From: a virus
Lineage: Duplodnaviria; Caudoviricetes
Virus record (IMG/VR): IMGVR_UViG_3300027805_000006
Direction: 5' to 3' (one strand)
DNA length: 64,000 nt
Shown here: positions 37,690-46,611 of the stretch, one piece after another
How positions within the stretch are numbered: position 1 is the first letter of the stretch
Layout of the letters: each line of letters opens with the position of its first letter
Made by a program: the position numbers and the translations under genes
Notes under the pieces: generated by a model
What the model was told of the DNA's origin: nothing
The model's input: the letters and a program-made list of their open reading frames with translations, nothing else
The model's database searches: none

Positions 37690-39537
37690 TTACAACTTGC
37701 TTGTCAATGATTTCTTTTCTTCAAGGTTCAAAATCGCCAACTGTGATGGCTTGTGTGCAGAGCGTTCATTTCGCCTGTCAGTTTCAACGAAAATCCAGCG
37801 GTTCTTGACCGTGCTGAACTTATAAAGACGGGATGCAATCCTCATTTCTGGAGGATAGTTTAGTCTAAAGAACGAACCATCTGTTTGGCCTGCAACATCA
37901 GGTAGTTTAAAGCCCTCAGTGTAAGGCTGTCCATCTGGTGGCAGACCGTCTTCAACATAAAGACCTCTGCCATCATAACTACCAGGTCGATTAAACCTGT
38001 CCATACCAGATGCATTTTCACGAACGTTTGTTCCCTTCTCGGGAACAGCCTGTTCTGCTTCAGCCTGATTATTCTCTGTAACAGTTAGAGGTGCAGTTTG
38101 AATTTGCTCAATGCCATCAAAGAATGTTGCATCGTCAATTGAATATTTTTGCGTATTGATGGTGCCAAGAATGTCTCGGTGTTCCTGTCCTGGAATTAAC
38201 TGCTGTGCAGTGAATCGATAGAGGATAGGCTTCCACCCAGTGCTATAGCCCTCTGCTGACCAGCCCACATCAGTTATCTCCAGAAATTTGCGTACTGGCT
38301 TTAGGTTGTGGTCATACTGAATTTCTGCTGGAAGGTCAAGAACGTCACCTACGACAATTGGGCGCCCAAGTGCTCTTACCATTTCAGCAAATGAAAGAGT
38401 AAAGGTGTAAACATCTGCAATCTGGAAGCCAAACTTAGACATATCATTCATACCATCAAATGGCTGATACGATGCCTTAAGTTGAATACTGGATGTTGCG
38501 TAGTCTCTGTCTCTATTCTCCATCCAAAGTGTGTCTTGTATGTTATCAAGACTTGTAGCAGTATAGTCAAACAGTTCAAGTTTATCTACAGACCATGCTT
38601 CCCCAATACCACCAAGAAAAACAGTTGGCACAATTCTCCAGTACCTTGACGCTGATGACTGTTTGATGCTGATTGTTGCCGCTGTTGGAATATCAGGAAG
38701 GTTAACTACATCTACTCTAAACCAGTCAAGTTCTATAGGCACGGTAAAAAAATCACCTAGTGCAAATGGAATTGTTCCTGCTGTAATAGTGAATGAGCCT
38801 TCTTCACAGTTGAAGCGTTGGTTAACCGTCGCAACACCTACTACAGAAATTCCAGTGCTTTCCATAAACGTCACTGAGAATGTTGTGGCTGAGAGGGCTG
38901 AAAGCATAAACAAACCAGGTCTAGATGAAAGACCAGATCTAAATGCTTCAAATACTCCATTTCCAGTGCCGGTATATTCAACTTTGGTATAGTCGACCTT
39001 ATAGCCACCATTTGAGCGGTCAATTCTAACCTGTCTTGCCCTTACTGGCCCTGGCTGTGTAATCTTAAATGATGTTATGTGTTGTGCTGCAGAAACCCCT
39101 GGCGCATTTTCATCTTGTCCATAACTTGTTTGCCGCACACCAAAATCATAGCCTATCCATGCTGGTGTTAATAGTACGTCTGTGCTAGTTTCATCGCTTA
39201 CCCATGACGGAGCAAGAGAGTCAAATGCATTTGATGCATCTCCACTGGATGAAATTGCGCTTCCATTTCCAGTCAAGTCAATTAATTTTCCCTGTTCGTG
39301 AATTCCCAGCAGTTTGAAAACATTGATTGGCACACCAGAAATATTGAGTGCCTCTGCTGCTAGTTGCTCCTGGAAGTTGTTCTCTGGAACAGCACAGTCG
39401 CCTTGAGTGATAGTGAAGTCACCCTTACACAGATCGGGTGGGATATAAGGGCCTGGGCTAGGCAACGGAGAATTTGCAGGGTTATTGATTGACCCTGCAC
39501 CGTCTGGGCACTCAGTAATTGGAAGTTTGGATGTCAT
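37690..39537 (-). CDS. gp14: Neck protein (gp14-like) with inserted discoidin-like and sheath-like domains
   Basis: EALNISG...; MENRDRDY...SKFGF...RPIVVGDVL core. Confidence 0.75.
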   Translation of the reverse strand: MTSKLPITECPDGAGSINNPANSPLPSPGPYIPPDLCKGDFTITQGDCAVPENNFQEQLAAEALNISGVPINVFKLLGIHEQGKLIDLTGNGSAISSSGDASNAFDSLAPSWVSDETSTDVLLTPAWIGYDFGVRQTSYGQDENAPGVSAAQHITSFKITQPGPVRARQVRIDRSNGGYKVDYTKVEYTGTGNGVFEAFRSGLSSRPGLFMLSALSATTFSVTFMESTGISVVGVATVNQRFNCEEGSFTITAGTIPFALGDFFTVPIELDWFRVDVVNLPDIPTAATISIKQSSASRYWRIVPTVFLGGIGEAWSVDKLELFDYTATSLDNIQDTLWMENRDRDYATSSIQLKASYQPFDGMNDMSKFGFQIADVYTFTLSFAEMVRALGRPIVVGDVLDLPAEIQYDHNLKPVRKFLEITDVGWSAEGYSTGWKPILYRFTAQQLIPGQEHRDILGTINTQKYSIDDATFFDGIEQIQTAPLTVTENNQAEAEQAVPEKGTNVRENASGMDRFNRPGSYDGRGLYVEDGLPPDGQPYTEGFKLPDVAGQTDGSFFRLNYPPEMRIASRLYKFSTVKNRWIFVETDRRNERSAHKPSQLAILNLEEKKSLTSKL

Positions 39538-40310
39538 AGGTTCACTTGAGGTGGCTCACAGGAAATATGATATCTATTTAGGGCAACCAGTGTAGTTTCC
39601 TTGCGACACCGACAACACGAGGCTCTTGGCACAAATTGTCTTCCTTTATTAACTACTGACAGATGTGCACGTTGTGCTTCTGTCATAGGAATTCCCTTTG
39701 GGCGGCCTCCCTTGTTGGTACCAAGTTTCATGCGAGTTACTGCCGCCTTTTGACCGCGCTGTTTGAGAACTTCTTGAGGTGCTGAGGAATAGTAGCGCTC
39801 TTGACCAGCTTTGAGATTTTGCTTTTGGCCGCCGGTGCGCTTCTTGCCGGTATTGGCCTTGGCACGCTTGGCCACAATCTCAGGAGTAGCGATCTTCTTG
39901 ATGTGTTCAGCCATGGCGACAGCGTCAGCCTTGCGCTTTGCCCACATCAAATCTGCTGCCTCCTTGCACTTCCGCCGTGCTTCTTCACGCAAGGTCTTGA
40001 TTTCTTCCTGATTTGCATTTCCACCCTTGATGATGTTCATGCACATAGGATTTGATAGCATTTCATCAGTTACAATTTCACCTTCCCGTCTAATGAGCGT
40101 TGCACGATCTTCACAATGCTCCAGAATTTGAACAATGTGGGCATTTTTGCCATGCTTTTTAATACTCTTCCAAAGGCGTGATCCACTTCCTTGATACCCG
40201 TCGTTTAGATCATCGGTGCTGTGTAGTCCTATGTACCACTTGCCGGTGAGCGTGCAGGTAGTCTTGTAGATGATGTGATACTTGCGGTGTTTCGGTCTAG
40301 TGACTTCCAT
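39534..40310 (-). mobile_element. Free-standing GIY-YIG (Seg-like) homing endonuclease
   Basis: HIIYKTTCTLTGKWYIGLHSTDDLNDGYQGSG; basic NUMOD-like tail; own TATAAATA promoter. Confidence 0.85.
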
Positions 40311-40332
40311 AGGTGCTCCTTGCTGAAGTACC

Positions 40333-40340
40333 TATTTATA
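40333..40340 (-). promoter_or_regulatory. T4 late promoter TATAAATA
   Basis: Exact consensus 22 nt upstream of the 40310 start. Confidence 0.7.
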
Positions 40341-40365
40341 TCATTAGGCCCAAACATTCCACAGT

Positions 40366-42246
40366 TCATCCACAGAGGAACGACGCGTTACCCTTGCCCA
40401 CTAGACCACCAAATTCATAGTTTAGAAGTTGCTCGCGAAGTTCGGTAAGGTCCTGCCGTGCTTCAGATACTAGCAGTTCTCCATTGAGGTTGATCGGCCC
40501 TTGGGCGCCAGGAGTTCCAGAACTAAATTTAGTTCTTATCATTCCTAACTGCATCTTGCATTCAGCAATCGCAAAGTTCTGGATAAACTGCTTGCAATAG
40601 CGGTCAAGGATAAGTTCCTGTTCAGTTCTTTCCATTGTGCATTCTAGCACTACCTTCTCGGCGCGTGAGATGCGTCTTGCAATCACCATTTGGCGACTTG
40701 CTTCATCCCACACAAATGGAACATCACCAGCAAAAATTCTTTGGAAATCTTCAGATAGCGAATGAACAAGGTGGATTGACAGGGTATCAGTATAGCCTGC
40801 ACTGTAGTATTGGTTTAGGAAAGTTTGAAAGTAAATGTTGCTGTCCCAGTTCAATGAATTTGAGCCAAGGATATTGAGGCGGTGTATTTTGCTTACATTC
40901 ACAACCTTATCAAGTCCTGCAACTGGGTCGTTCATATAGTAAATCTGTTGGTCAGGCAGCAGAGTAAAAAGAACATACTGCATCTTATATGCATGGTCAC
41001 ATAGTTGACGATATGTTTCAAGCGCATTATCAATAGCAATGTTGAAATGTTCTTCCTTTAACTCTACACATACTGTTGGCCAGCCCAGTTCACCCTTTAT
41101 AATTTGAATAAGGCGTACTCTTTCATCATATGAGCCATCGGTTCCGATTGCAATTTTGTCAGTTGATGGTGTGCCTGGTTGATCAGTGTTGGCTTTCACC
41201 CAAGTTGAGCCATTCCAAACATTCAGCACTCGCTGAGTTGTGTTGTAGAAGAGTTGACCCAGATATGGTGGAAGAATTTCTACTGGCTCTGCAACAATTG
41301 TGTTGATACAAGCAGGTGATGTTGGTCCACCCACATACAACGTATTCGTAGAATTTGGATAAATCCAAGAAGCACTATCCCAATACTGTGCTCTTCCGAG
41401 AGTAAAATCAAAGAAAAAATCGCCAGCGGCTGGGCTTTCTGGAAGTTTAATTCCGCTGCTTACATTACCAAGTGGTAGCCAAGTTGCCCCATTTCTTACC
41501 TGGAAATTTGCAGCAGATGCAGTAACCCATTTAGTACCGTCAAAAACCTTTAAGATAGAACCTGCTGTTAGAAAGTAAGTTTGTCCTAGCGTGCCTGGGT
41601 TGTATGTCCCAGACATAATTGCGTCTGAGCGTGTTGGTATCCAAGTTGTTCCAGTCCAAAATTGAACTACGCCAAGCCCAGTGTCATAGTACACCATACT
41701 GGGTGTTGGGGCAGTGGGCACAGTTGAGAAACTGGGAATATTTCCAGTATATGTACTGCTGTCCTTCTCAATCCGAGACCCTTCAAGTGGGTAAGATTGA
41801 ACGCCAAATAGATAATACTGCAGGATATTAGAAGAAGGATAAACTCCTGCATAGTAGAGTTGATTTGATACTGTGTTTGTGACAGTAATCTGAAATGAAC
41901 TTCTACCTGTAATTGGATCTGCAACTCCAGTGAGAGGAGCATTTAATGCAGCCGAGTAGAAGGCAATGACCTGCGCGCTGCCAGGTTCCTGGATGTAATC
42001 TACTGGAGTTGAAAAATCAGTGCTTCCTGAATATTGCCTTCCATCTTCTGGATGGTCTTCATACGATAGCGGAATGGTCTTTAGTATTATAACTGCGCCA
42101 TCAACTACAGAAATATCAGATGGGTAGGATATGTCAAGTTGAATAGTAGTTGGGGTGGGTCTCGAAATGCCCACCTGAAATTTTCTTGATTCAACCCATA
42201 GATCATGGGTATTTTTTGCTGACAGTGATGATATTCCGTTTGCCAT
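40366..42246 (-). CDS. gp13: Neck protein (gp13-like) with a ~370-aa N-terminal fibre-like extension
   Basis: C-terminal LGWPTVCVEL...AIDNALE...KFSSGTPGAQGPINLNG core. Confidence 0.8.
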   Translation of the reverse strand: MANGISSLSAKNTHDLWVESRKFQVGISRPTPTTIQLDISYPSDISVVDGAVIILKTIPLSYEDHPEDGRQYSGSTDFSTPVDYIQEPGSAQVIAFYSAALNAPLTGVADPITGRSSFQITVTNTVSNQLYYAGVYPSSNILQYYLFGVQSYPLEGSRIEKDSSTYTGNIPSFSTVPTAPTPSMVYYDTGLGVVQFWTGTTWIPTRSDAIMSGTYNPGTLGQTYFLTAGSILKVFDGTKWVTASAANFQVRNGATWLPLGNVSSGIKLPESPAAGDFFFDFTLGRAQYWDSASWIYPNSTNTLYVGGPTSPACINTIVAEPVEILPPYLGQLFYNTTQRVLNVWNGSTWVKANTDQPGTPSTDKIAIGTDGSYDERVRLIQIIKGELGWPTVCVELKEEHFNIAIDNALETYRQLCDHAYKMQYVLFTLLPDQQIYYMNDPVAGLDKVVNVSKIHRLNILGSNSLNWDSNIYFQTFLNQYYSAGYTDTLSIHLVHSLSEDFQRIFAGDVPFVWDEASRQMVIARRISRAEKVVLECTMERTEQELILDRYCKQFIQNFAIAECKMQLGMIRTKFSSGTPGAQGPINLNGELLVSEARQDLTELREQLLNYEFGGLVGKGNASFLCG

Positions 42247-42318
42247 AGATTTTCCAGGCTAAAAGTGATTACTACTATTTATGGAATACCTGTGACTTTT
42301 TTAATGATAAATAGAAGC

Positions 42319-42606
42319 ATGAAATATAGACATGTACTTCACGCTTTTAGACCAACCGAGACGATTGAGGCAGTAATGCGCCTCATGGGAAGGCACAACC
42401 TCACAAAAGAGCAGTTGCGCCACCTAATGGTAGCATTTGATGAACTGAATGGAAAAATTGTCCCACGAGTGGGGATGACCTACAAGATCCCTCTACCGTT
42501 TGAAACTGTAGATGACTTTGGAAATATTGTCTATCTACCAGAGCCTGCACTTCCTGAAGAAGCTAATCTTCAGGAAGAAAATAATGGGAGAATTGAAGAG
42601 GTTTGA
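42319..42606 (+). CDS. LysM-like small protein
   Basis: Start revised to MKYRH; ETIEAV...FDELNGKIVPRVGMTYKIP; ATAAATA 5 nt upstream. Confidence 0.5.
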   Translation: MKYRHVLHAFRPTETIEAVMRLMGRHNLTKEQLRHLMVAFDELNGKIVPRVGMTYKIPLPFETVDDFGNIVYLPEPALPEEANLQEENNGRIEEV

Positions 42607-42992
42607 GAGGCTCTCTTGATTGCCTCGATAATAATTCTTGAAGGCAGTTCGCGATTTATCTGCTTGCCCTGAAGAATGTCTAATGCTACCTTGTCTATAA
42701 GCGTAGTATCTTCGGATTTTACTGGTGGAACTACTTCCATCTTTATTCCTAGCAATGAAAACTGCTGTGAAATTTCATCAAAGTTTAGTGATGACTGGAC
42801 TGTAGTGAACTTTACACCTACAGTTTTCAAGTCCTTTAAAATTCTAATTGCTGCAACTTTATTACAGTTTTGTTGCATTAGTAAAGACACAAATGCCTTC
42901 TCGTCTTTTGGAACTCCAGACAATTTTAGCCCAACTCCCTTATCATCTTCCCAAGGCCACTCTCCTTGCCAGTGCTTCTTTATGTTCTTCAT
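42570..42992 (-). CDS. Hypothetical protein
   Basis: 140-aa ORF coupled to the exonuclease gene. Confidence 0.65.
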   Translation of the reverse strand: MKNIKKHWQGEWPWEDDKGVGLKLSGVPKDEKAFVSLLMQQNCNKVAAIRILKDLKTVGVKFTTVQSSLNFDEISQQFSLLGIKMEVVPPVKSEDTTLIDKVALDILQGKQINRELPSRIIIEAIKRASQTSSILPLFSS

Positions 42993-43588
42993 GTGAGCAC
43001 CGCGCTCACAATTCTGGCAACATTTATGGCATCATCCTTCCCACGATGATGTGTTCCTTCAAATTTCAACTGAAGATGGTCAAGCATTGACATGAGGTCC
43101 TTCTCTTTGAACAACTTGTGTTTAAGAGCAAACAACGTCTTTACATTGAAGTGACTTCTCATCATAGCAAATGGGTTATCCCACTTCTGTATGCCATATA
43201 ACTGTTGAACACCACCTTTACCATCACTAGCAAGTTTTGTTCTATCAAACTCGCCGCATGAAAACCAAACGTGTTCCTTCAATATTCCATAGTCTTGCTT
43301 AATTGATTTAAGGACAACCTCAATGTCATGTCCCTTATCTACCTCTTCCTGCGTCCAACTTGTCAATTGAGTGCAGAATGGAGAAACAGAAGAAAATCGA
43401 GGCTTAACGACGTAACTCTCTGGGTAGATAATTTCGCCAGTATGAGGTAAAAGCCCGCATATGCCTATTTCAATAATTTCGCTGGGTCTATCTGCTTGTT
43501 CCTGTCTAGTTTCCCAGCAGGTGCATTCAACATCAACTACCCAAACTAAGTCAGTTACTGCTACCATTTTCTTTGAAATAGTCTTCAA
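42989..43588 (-). CDS. DEDDh 3'-5' exonuclease (ERI1/KapD-like)
   Basis: VVDVECTCW...EIIEIG, CGEFD, HHRGKDDA motifs. Confidence 0.85.
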   Translation of the reverse strand: MKTISKKMVAVTDLVWVVDVECTCWETRQEQADRPSEIIEIGICGLLPHTGEIIYPESYVVKPRFSSVSPFCTQLTSWTQEEVDKGHDIEVVLKSIKQDYGILKEHVWFSCGEFDRTKLASDGKGGVQQLYGIQKWDNPFAMMRSHFNVKTLFALKHKLFKEKDLMSMLDHLQLKFEGTHHRGKDDAINVARIVSAVLT

Positions 43589-43790
43589 TTACCTTGCGCT
43601 CAGCAATAAGAGAAATGCGCTCAACATTTATCTGATGAAGGGCGTGATGGATAGATGTGTATGGATCTGAAACGTGATTTAGGCGCGCAGCGAATGAATT
43701 ACCTCTTGCCACAAGTTCGCCCGCCATTCTTGATAGTACGTAAAGCCGTGCTTCAATCCACTCAGCGCGTTCTTTGGAAATCGGCTGCAT
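43551..43790 (-). CDS. Hypothetical protein (start revised to MQPISK)
   Basis: GGAAGG RBS before the ATG at 43790. Confidence 0.55.
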   Translation of the reverse strand: MQPISKERAEWIEARLYVLSRMAGELVARGNSFAARLNHVSDPYTSIHHALHQINVERISLIAERKVIEDYFKENGSSN

Positions 43791-44385
43791 TTTTCCCTTC
43801 CATAGCGTTGACGAACCACTTTGGTACTTCTGTATTTGTCCACTTAGCAAACCTTGACTTAGACTTAATATAGAACGTACGATACGCTTGAATAGCATCT
43901 TCATGTTTAAAATCTTCTGGCATCGCCTGTGCAAACGGTGTTTGCTGCCCCCTTGGTAGATTACTAGGTGCAATTGAAAGAAATGGTTTAAGCCGCTCAG
44001 CAGAATGTTGCTTTTGGTAGCGCGCTGAATATTCCCTCAAACACCCATCAAATAGTTGAAATAGCCAGTGGTAATTGGCATCCGTCTCTCTTGCCCAAAC
44101 AGAGCAGGGGTGGTTAGCATGAGCCACCATGTAGCACTTTGAATTTTCAACTATGATTTTTTCTGGTAAAAACCCATCTGAATCAATTTGAGTTTTTTCT
44201 CCATGGAGAAGATGCACCCGCTTTGTCTTCCCAGACTTCAACTGCACTGCCCGCATTTCACCATCTAGAAGTCGATGAGTTGTTGATAGCATTTGTGCAT
44301 ATTCCAAAATCATTTTTACCACATGCTTGTCGCAGTGGAAACGTGCTGCCTCATACGGCAATGGTGAGAGTGCAAAAATATTCAT
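43762..44385 (-). CDS. Pyrimidine-dimer DNA glycosylase family protein (endonuclease V-like)
   Basis: MNIF...HCDKHVVKMILEYAQMLST, HANHPCSVWAR, TPFAQAMP...AYRTFY. Confidence 0.8.
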   Translation of the reverse strand: MNIFALSPLPYEAARFHCDKHVVKMILEYAQMLSTTHRLLDGEMRAVQLKSGKTKRVHLLHGEKTQIDSDGFLPEKIIVENSKCYMVAHANHPCSVWARETDANYHWLFQLFDGCLREYSARYQKQHSAERLKPFLSIAPSNLPRGQQTPFAQAMPEDFKHEDAIQAYRTFYIKSKSRFAKWTNTEVPKWFVNAMEGKNAADFQRTR

Positions 44386-44433
44386 ATCTACAATTATATG
44401 TAGAAGTTGAAAAGGATAGTAAAAAATTACAGG

Positions 44434-45324
44434 TTAAAGGCTAATTAGCGCGTAACCAGCATATGCTGTTGAGAACGAGACAGACAGTTCATTTGGAGAA
44501 AGATAAGTAACATCTTGCGGTAGAATTGGCTTATAAACACCACTACCAGTATCTACAATAAAAGTAGAATGGACAAATCCGTTGGAAGCATTTAAACCAT
44601 GATTAAAAGTCCATGTATTAGATGCACTTGCTTGCGTGTGGGTATACTTTCCTAAACTTGAAATGTAGGAAGCATTTATAATCTCCCATAATGTTCCATT
44701 ATGAATTTTTACAACACCAGCGCTTGTATCGTACCAAAGTTGCCCTAGATATGGTAGTGCCGGAGCAGTTGTTCCAGCATATTGCTGAGTTGACTTCAGC
44801 ATGTTTTGCTGAAGTACTTCACCCCATCCAGAAAAATTACGGCCAATTAGTTCAAGTGGTCTGCCCTCAATGGTGACCCCAGGAGGTACTACAATTGGAC
44901 TTTCGCCGCTTACTATTAGATAGTATGTTGATACATTGTAAATTTTACCAGTGCCAGCCATGTGGCTAGGTGTTGATGCTGTTAGTACTGGCTCTACTAC
45001 ATTGATTGTTGTTTGAGAAGAAGCAAATGAAGATGGTGAATGATCGCCGGAATTCAACTGCGTATAAACTGTGTATTTCCCATTATAAGTTGGATTGTCC
45101 TTTACAAAAAACGTAGTAGCAACAACCAACTCATAACCAGCAGGTGCGGCAAGCGGAGATGTGTAGAACTGTACGACGGAACCCATCGTATCACGATAGT
45201 ACTTACCATGAAAAACACTCGTCCAATTTCCAGACATATTATCAGGTGTAATCCCAATAACAAACTTTCCAGGAGAAGAGGGTGTTCCAGCAATTACGCT
45301 TTCAATTTGAATTTCACGAGCCAT
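44434..45324 (-). CDS. Virion structural protein (fibre/baseplate-associated)
   Basis: LELIGRNFSGWGE...GQLWYDT...NGTLW motif; late promoter variant at 45347. Confidence 0.6.
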   Translation of the reverse strand: MAREIQIESVIAGTPSSPGKFVIGITPDNMSGNWTSVFHGKYYRDTMGSVVQFYTSPLAAPAGYELVVATTFFVKDNPTYNGKYTVYTQLNSGDHSPSSFASSQTTINVVEPVLTASTPSHMAGTGKIYNVSTYYLIVSGESPIVVPPGVTIEGRPLELIGRNFSGWGEVLQQNMLKSTQQYAGTTAPALPYLGQLWYDTSAGVVKIHNGTLWEIINASYISSLGKYTHTQASASNTWTFNHGLNASNGFVHSTFIVDTGSGVYKPILPQDVTYLSPNELSVSFSTAYAGYALISL

Positions 45325-45383
45325 ATCGCATCCAGAATATTTTTACTATTTATGCAATGGTCAAACCTTTTACCATGCTATTT

Positions 45384-45827
45384 TCAAAATGCCTTCTCAA
45401 GAAGACCTACATTGTCTGCGTGAGTTGGCGCAGTCCACCCAGCCGGCTTAATTAAATCTGGTAGTCCCAGTGGGTTGGGCCGCTCGGGTTTGATACCTGG
45501 ATTTTTTTCCATATTCTTCTCATGCACACGCGCCCAAGCCTCGTAAGCATCAACTTGAAACGCATCAAGAGTTCCAATTGCAACAACGCAAAGGTCAATC
45601 ATAGCATCCACGACATCTTCTGCATCCTCAGGCTTTCCACTAGAAAAGGCTTTCTTTGCCTCATCGAGTTCTTCCTGCAGGAAGTTCAACCTGAACTCTA
45701 GAAACTTTCGGAGTTTCTCTCGATCAAATGCACTAACTACTTCTCGAACACCAAACTTAGTGTGCATATCATTAATGTCTGCTACCCAATCGCCCTCAAG
45801 CGTAAAACCTAGATCTTCAGTATTCAT
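45384..45827 (-). CDS. MazG-like NTP pyrophosphohydrolase
   Basis: FLQEELDE...DVVDAMIDL...VHEKNMEK all-alpha NTP-PPase pattern. Confidence 0.8.
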   Translation of the reverse strand: MNTEDLGFTLEGDWVADINDMHTKFGVREVVSAFDREKLRKFLEFRLNFLQEELDEAKKAFSSGKPEDAEDVVDAMIDLCVVAIGTLDAFQVDAYEAWARVHEKNMEKNPGIKPERPNPLGLPDLIKPAGWTAPTHADNVGLLEKAF

Positions 45828-45836
45828 TTTATTTTC

Positions 45837-46337
45837 CTATAAAAAATTTGCCTTAGCATCCTCAAGTGTCCAGTACCAGCCTTGCTCATTCTCCCAAGAT
45901 CCATCCTCTTGCTTCTGCGGGTTTGCATATTTGGACCTTCTAACAAGCTTTCGTTCTAGCATATGTGCAAAACTGTTATAGCCTAGAAACTCGTACTCAT
46001 GATAACCATGTTGTTGGAATATATCATAGATAATATCGCGCCCTGCATCAATTTCCTGAATGGCAAAGCGATATTCATTGTTAGAAAGCGAGATATATTT
46101 TCCGTCGCTACTCTTTATTTCATGAAATAGACCGTTTAGACGATAGTCATTTGGTGCAAAATCACTTGAAATTTCAGCGCCAATCTGCTTAACCTTCTCC
46201 TTCTCTGCCGTATCAATCGCAAGACCAATTGTTTGGATGTGCGTCTTGCCTTGATGGACAAAGTACCTTTCCTCAAGGAGACACCAACCGGCTTTTCTTT
46301 CGGCAGAAAAAAGTAAGGTCATATTACCTGCTTCCAT
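45837..46337 (-). CDS. Hypothetical protein
   Basis: 166-aa ORF co-oriented with the MazG-like gene. Confidence 0.65.
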   Translation of the reverse strand: MEAGNMTLLFSAERKAGWCLLEERYFVHQGKTHIQTIGLAIDTAEKEKVKQIGAEISSDFAPNDYRLNGLFHEIKSSDGKYISLSNNEYRFAIQEIDAGRDIIYDIFQQHGYHEYEFLGYNSFAHMLERKLVRRSKYANPQKQEDGSWENEQGWYWTLEDAKANFL

Positions 46338-46407
46338 ATTACACTGTATATTAAATTATACCACAGAATGCAACCTGGGTGTAAATTTAAAAAGGTTGAC
46401 TGCTTGA

Positions 46408-46596
46408 CTTGCTGCAGAGAAGGGCTATCAACTTATTCATATTTGGGACTTTGAGGTTCGAGAAAGCTGGGAAAAATTACAAAGCATTTTACGCTCTAAG
46501 TTGGGCGCAACACAAAAAGTTTATGCACGAAATTATTCTTTATACACACAAAAACAGGTCGTAAAAAAGCCGCCCGAAGGCGGCTTTTTGCATTGA
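46408..46596 (+). pseudogene. Remnant of a Hef-like homing endonuclease
   Basis: No start codon, preceded by an in-frame TGA: LAAEKGYQLIHIWDFEVRESWEKLQSILRSKLGATQKVYAR, aligns by eye with IGCRLITLQEHLW...RLASILGRNKRVQGR of 31133. Confidence 0.65.
46563..46589 (-). terminator. Major capsid protein terminator with a C(UUCG)G tetraloop
   Basis: AAAAAGCCGCC-TTCG-GGCGGCTTTTTT on the - strand; bidirectional form. Confidence 0.9.
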
Positions 46597-46611
46597 AATT
46601 AGCTAAACGGA

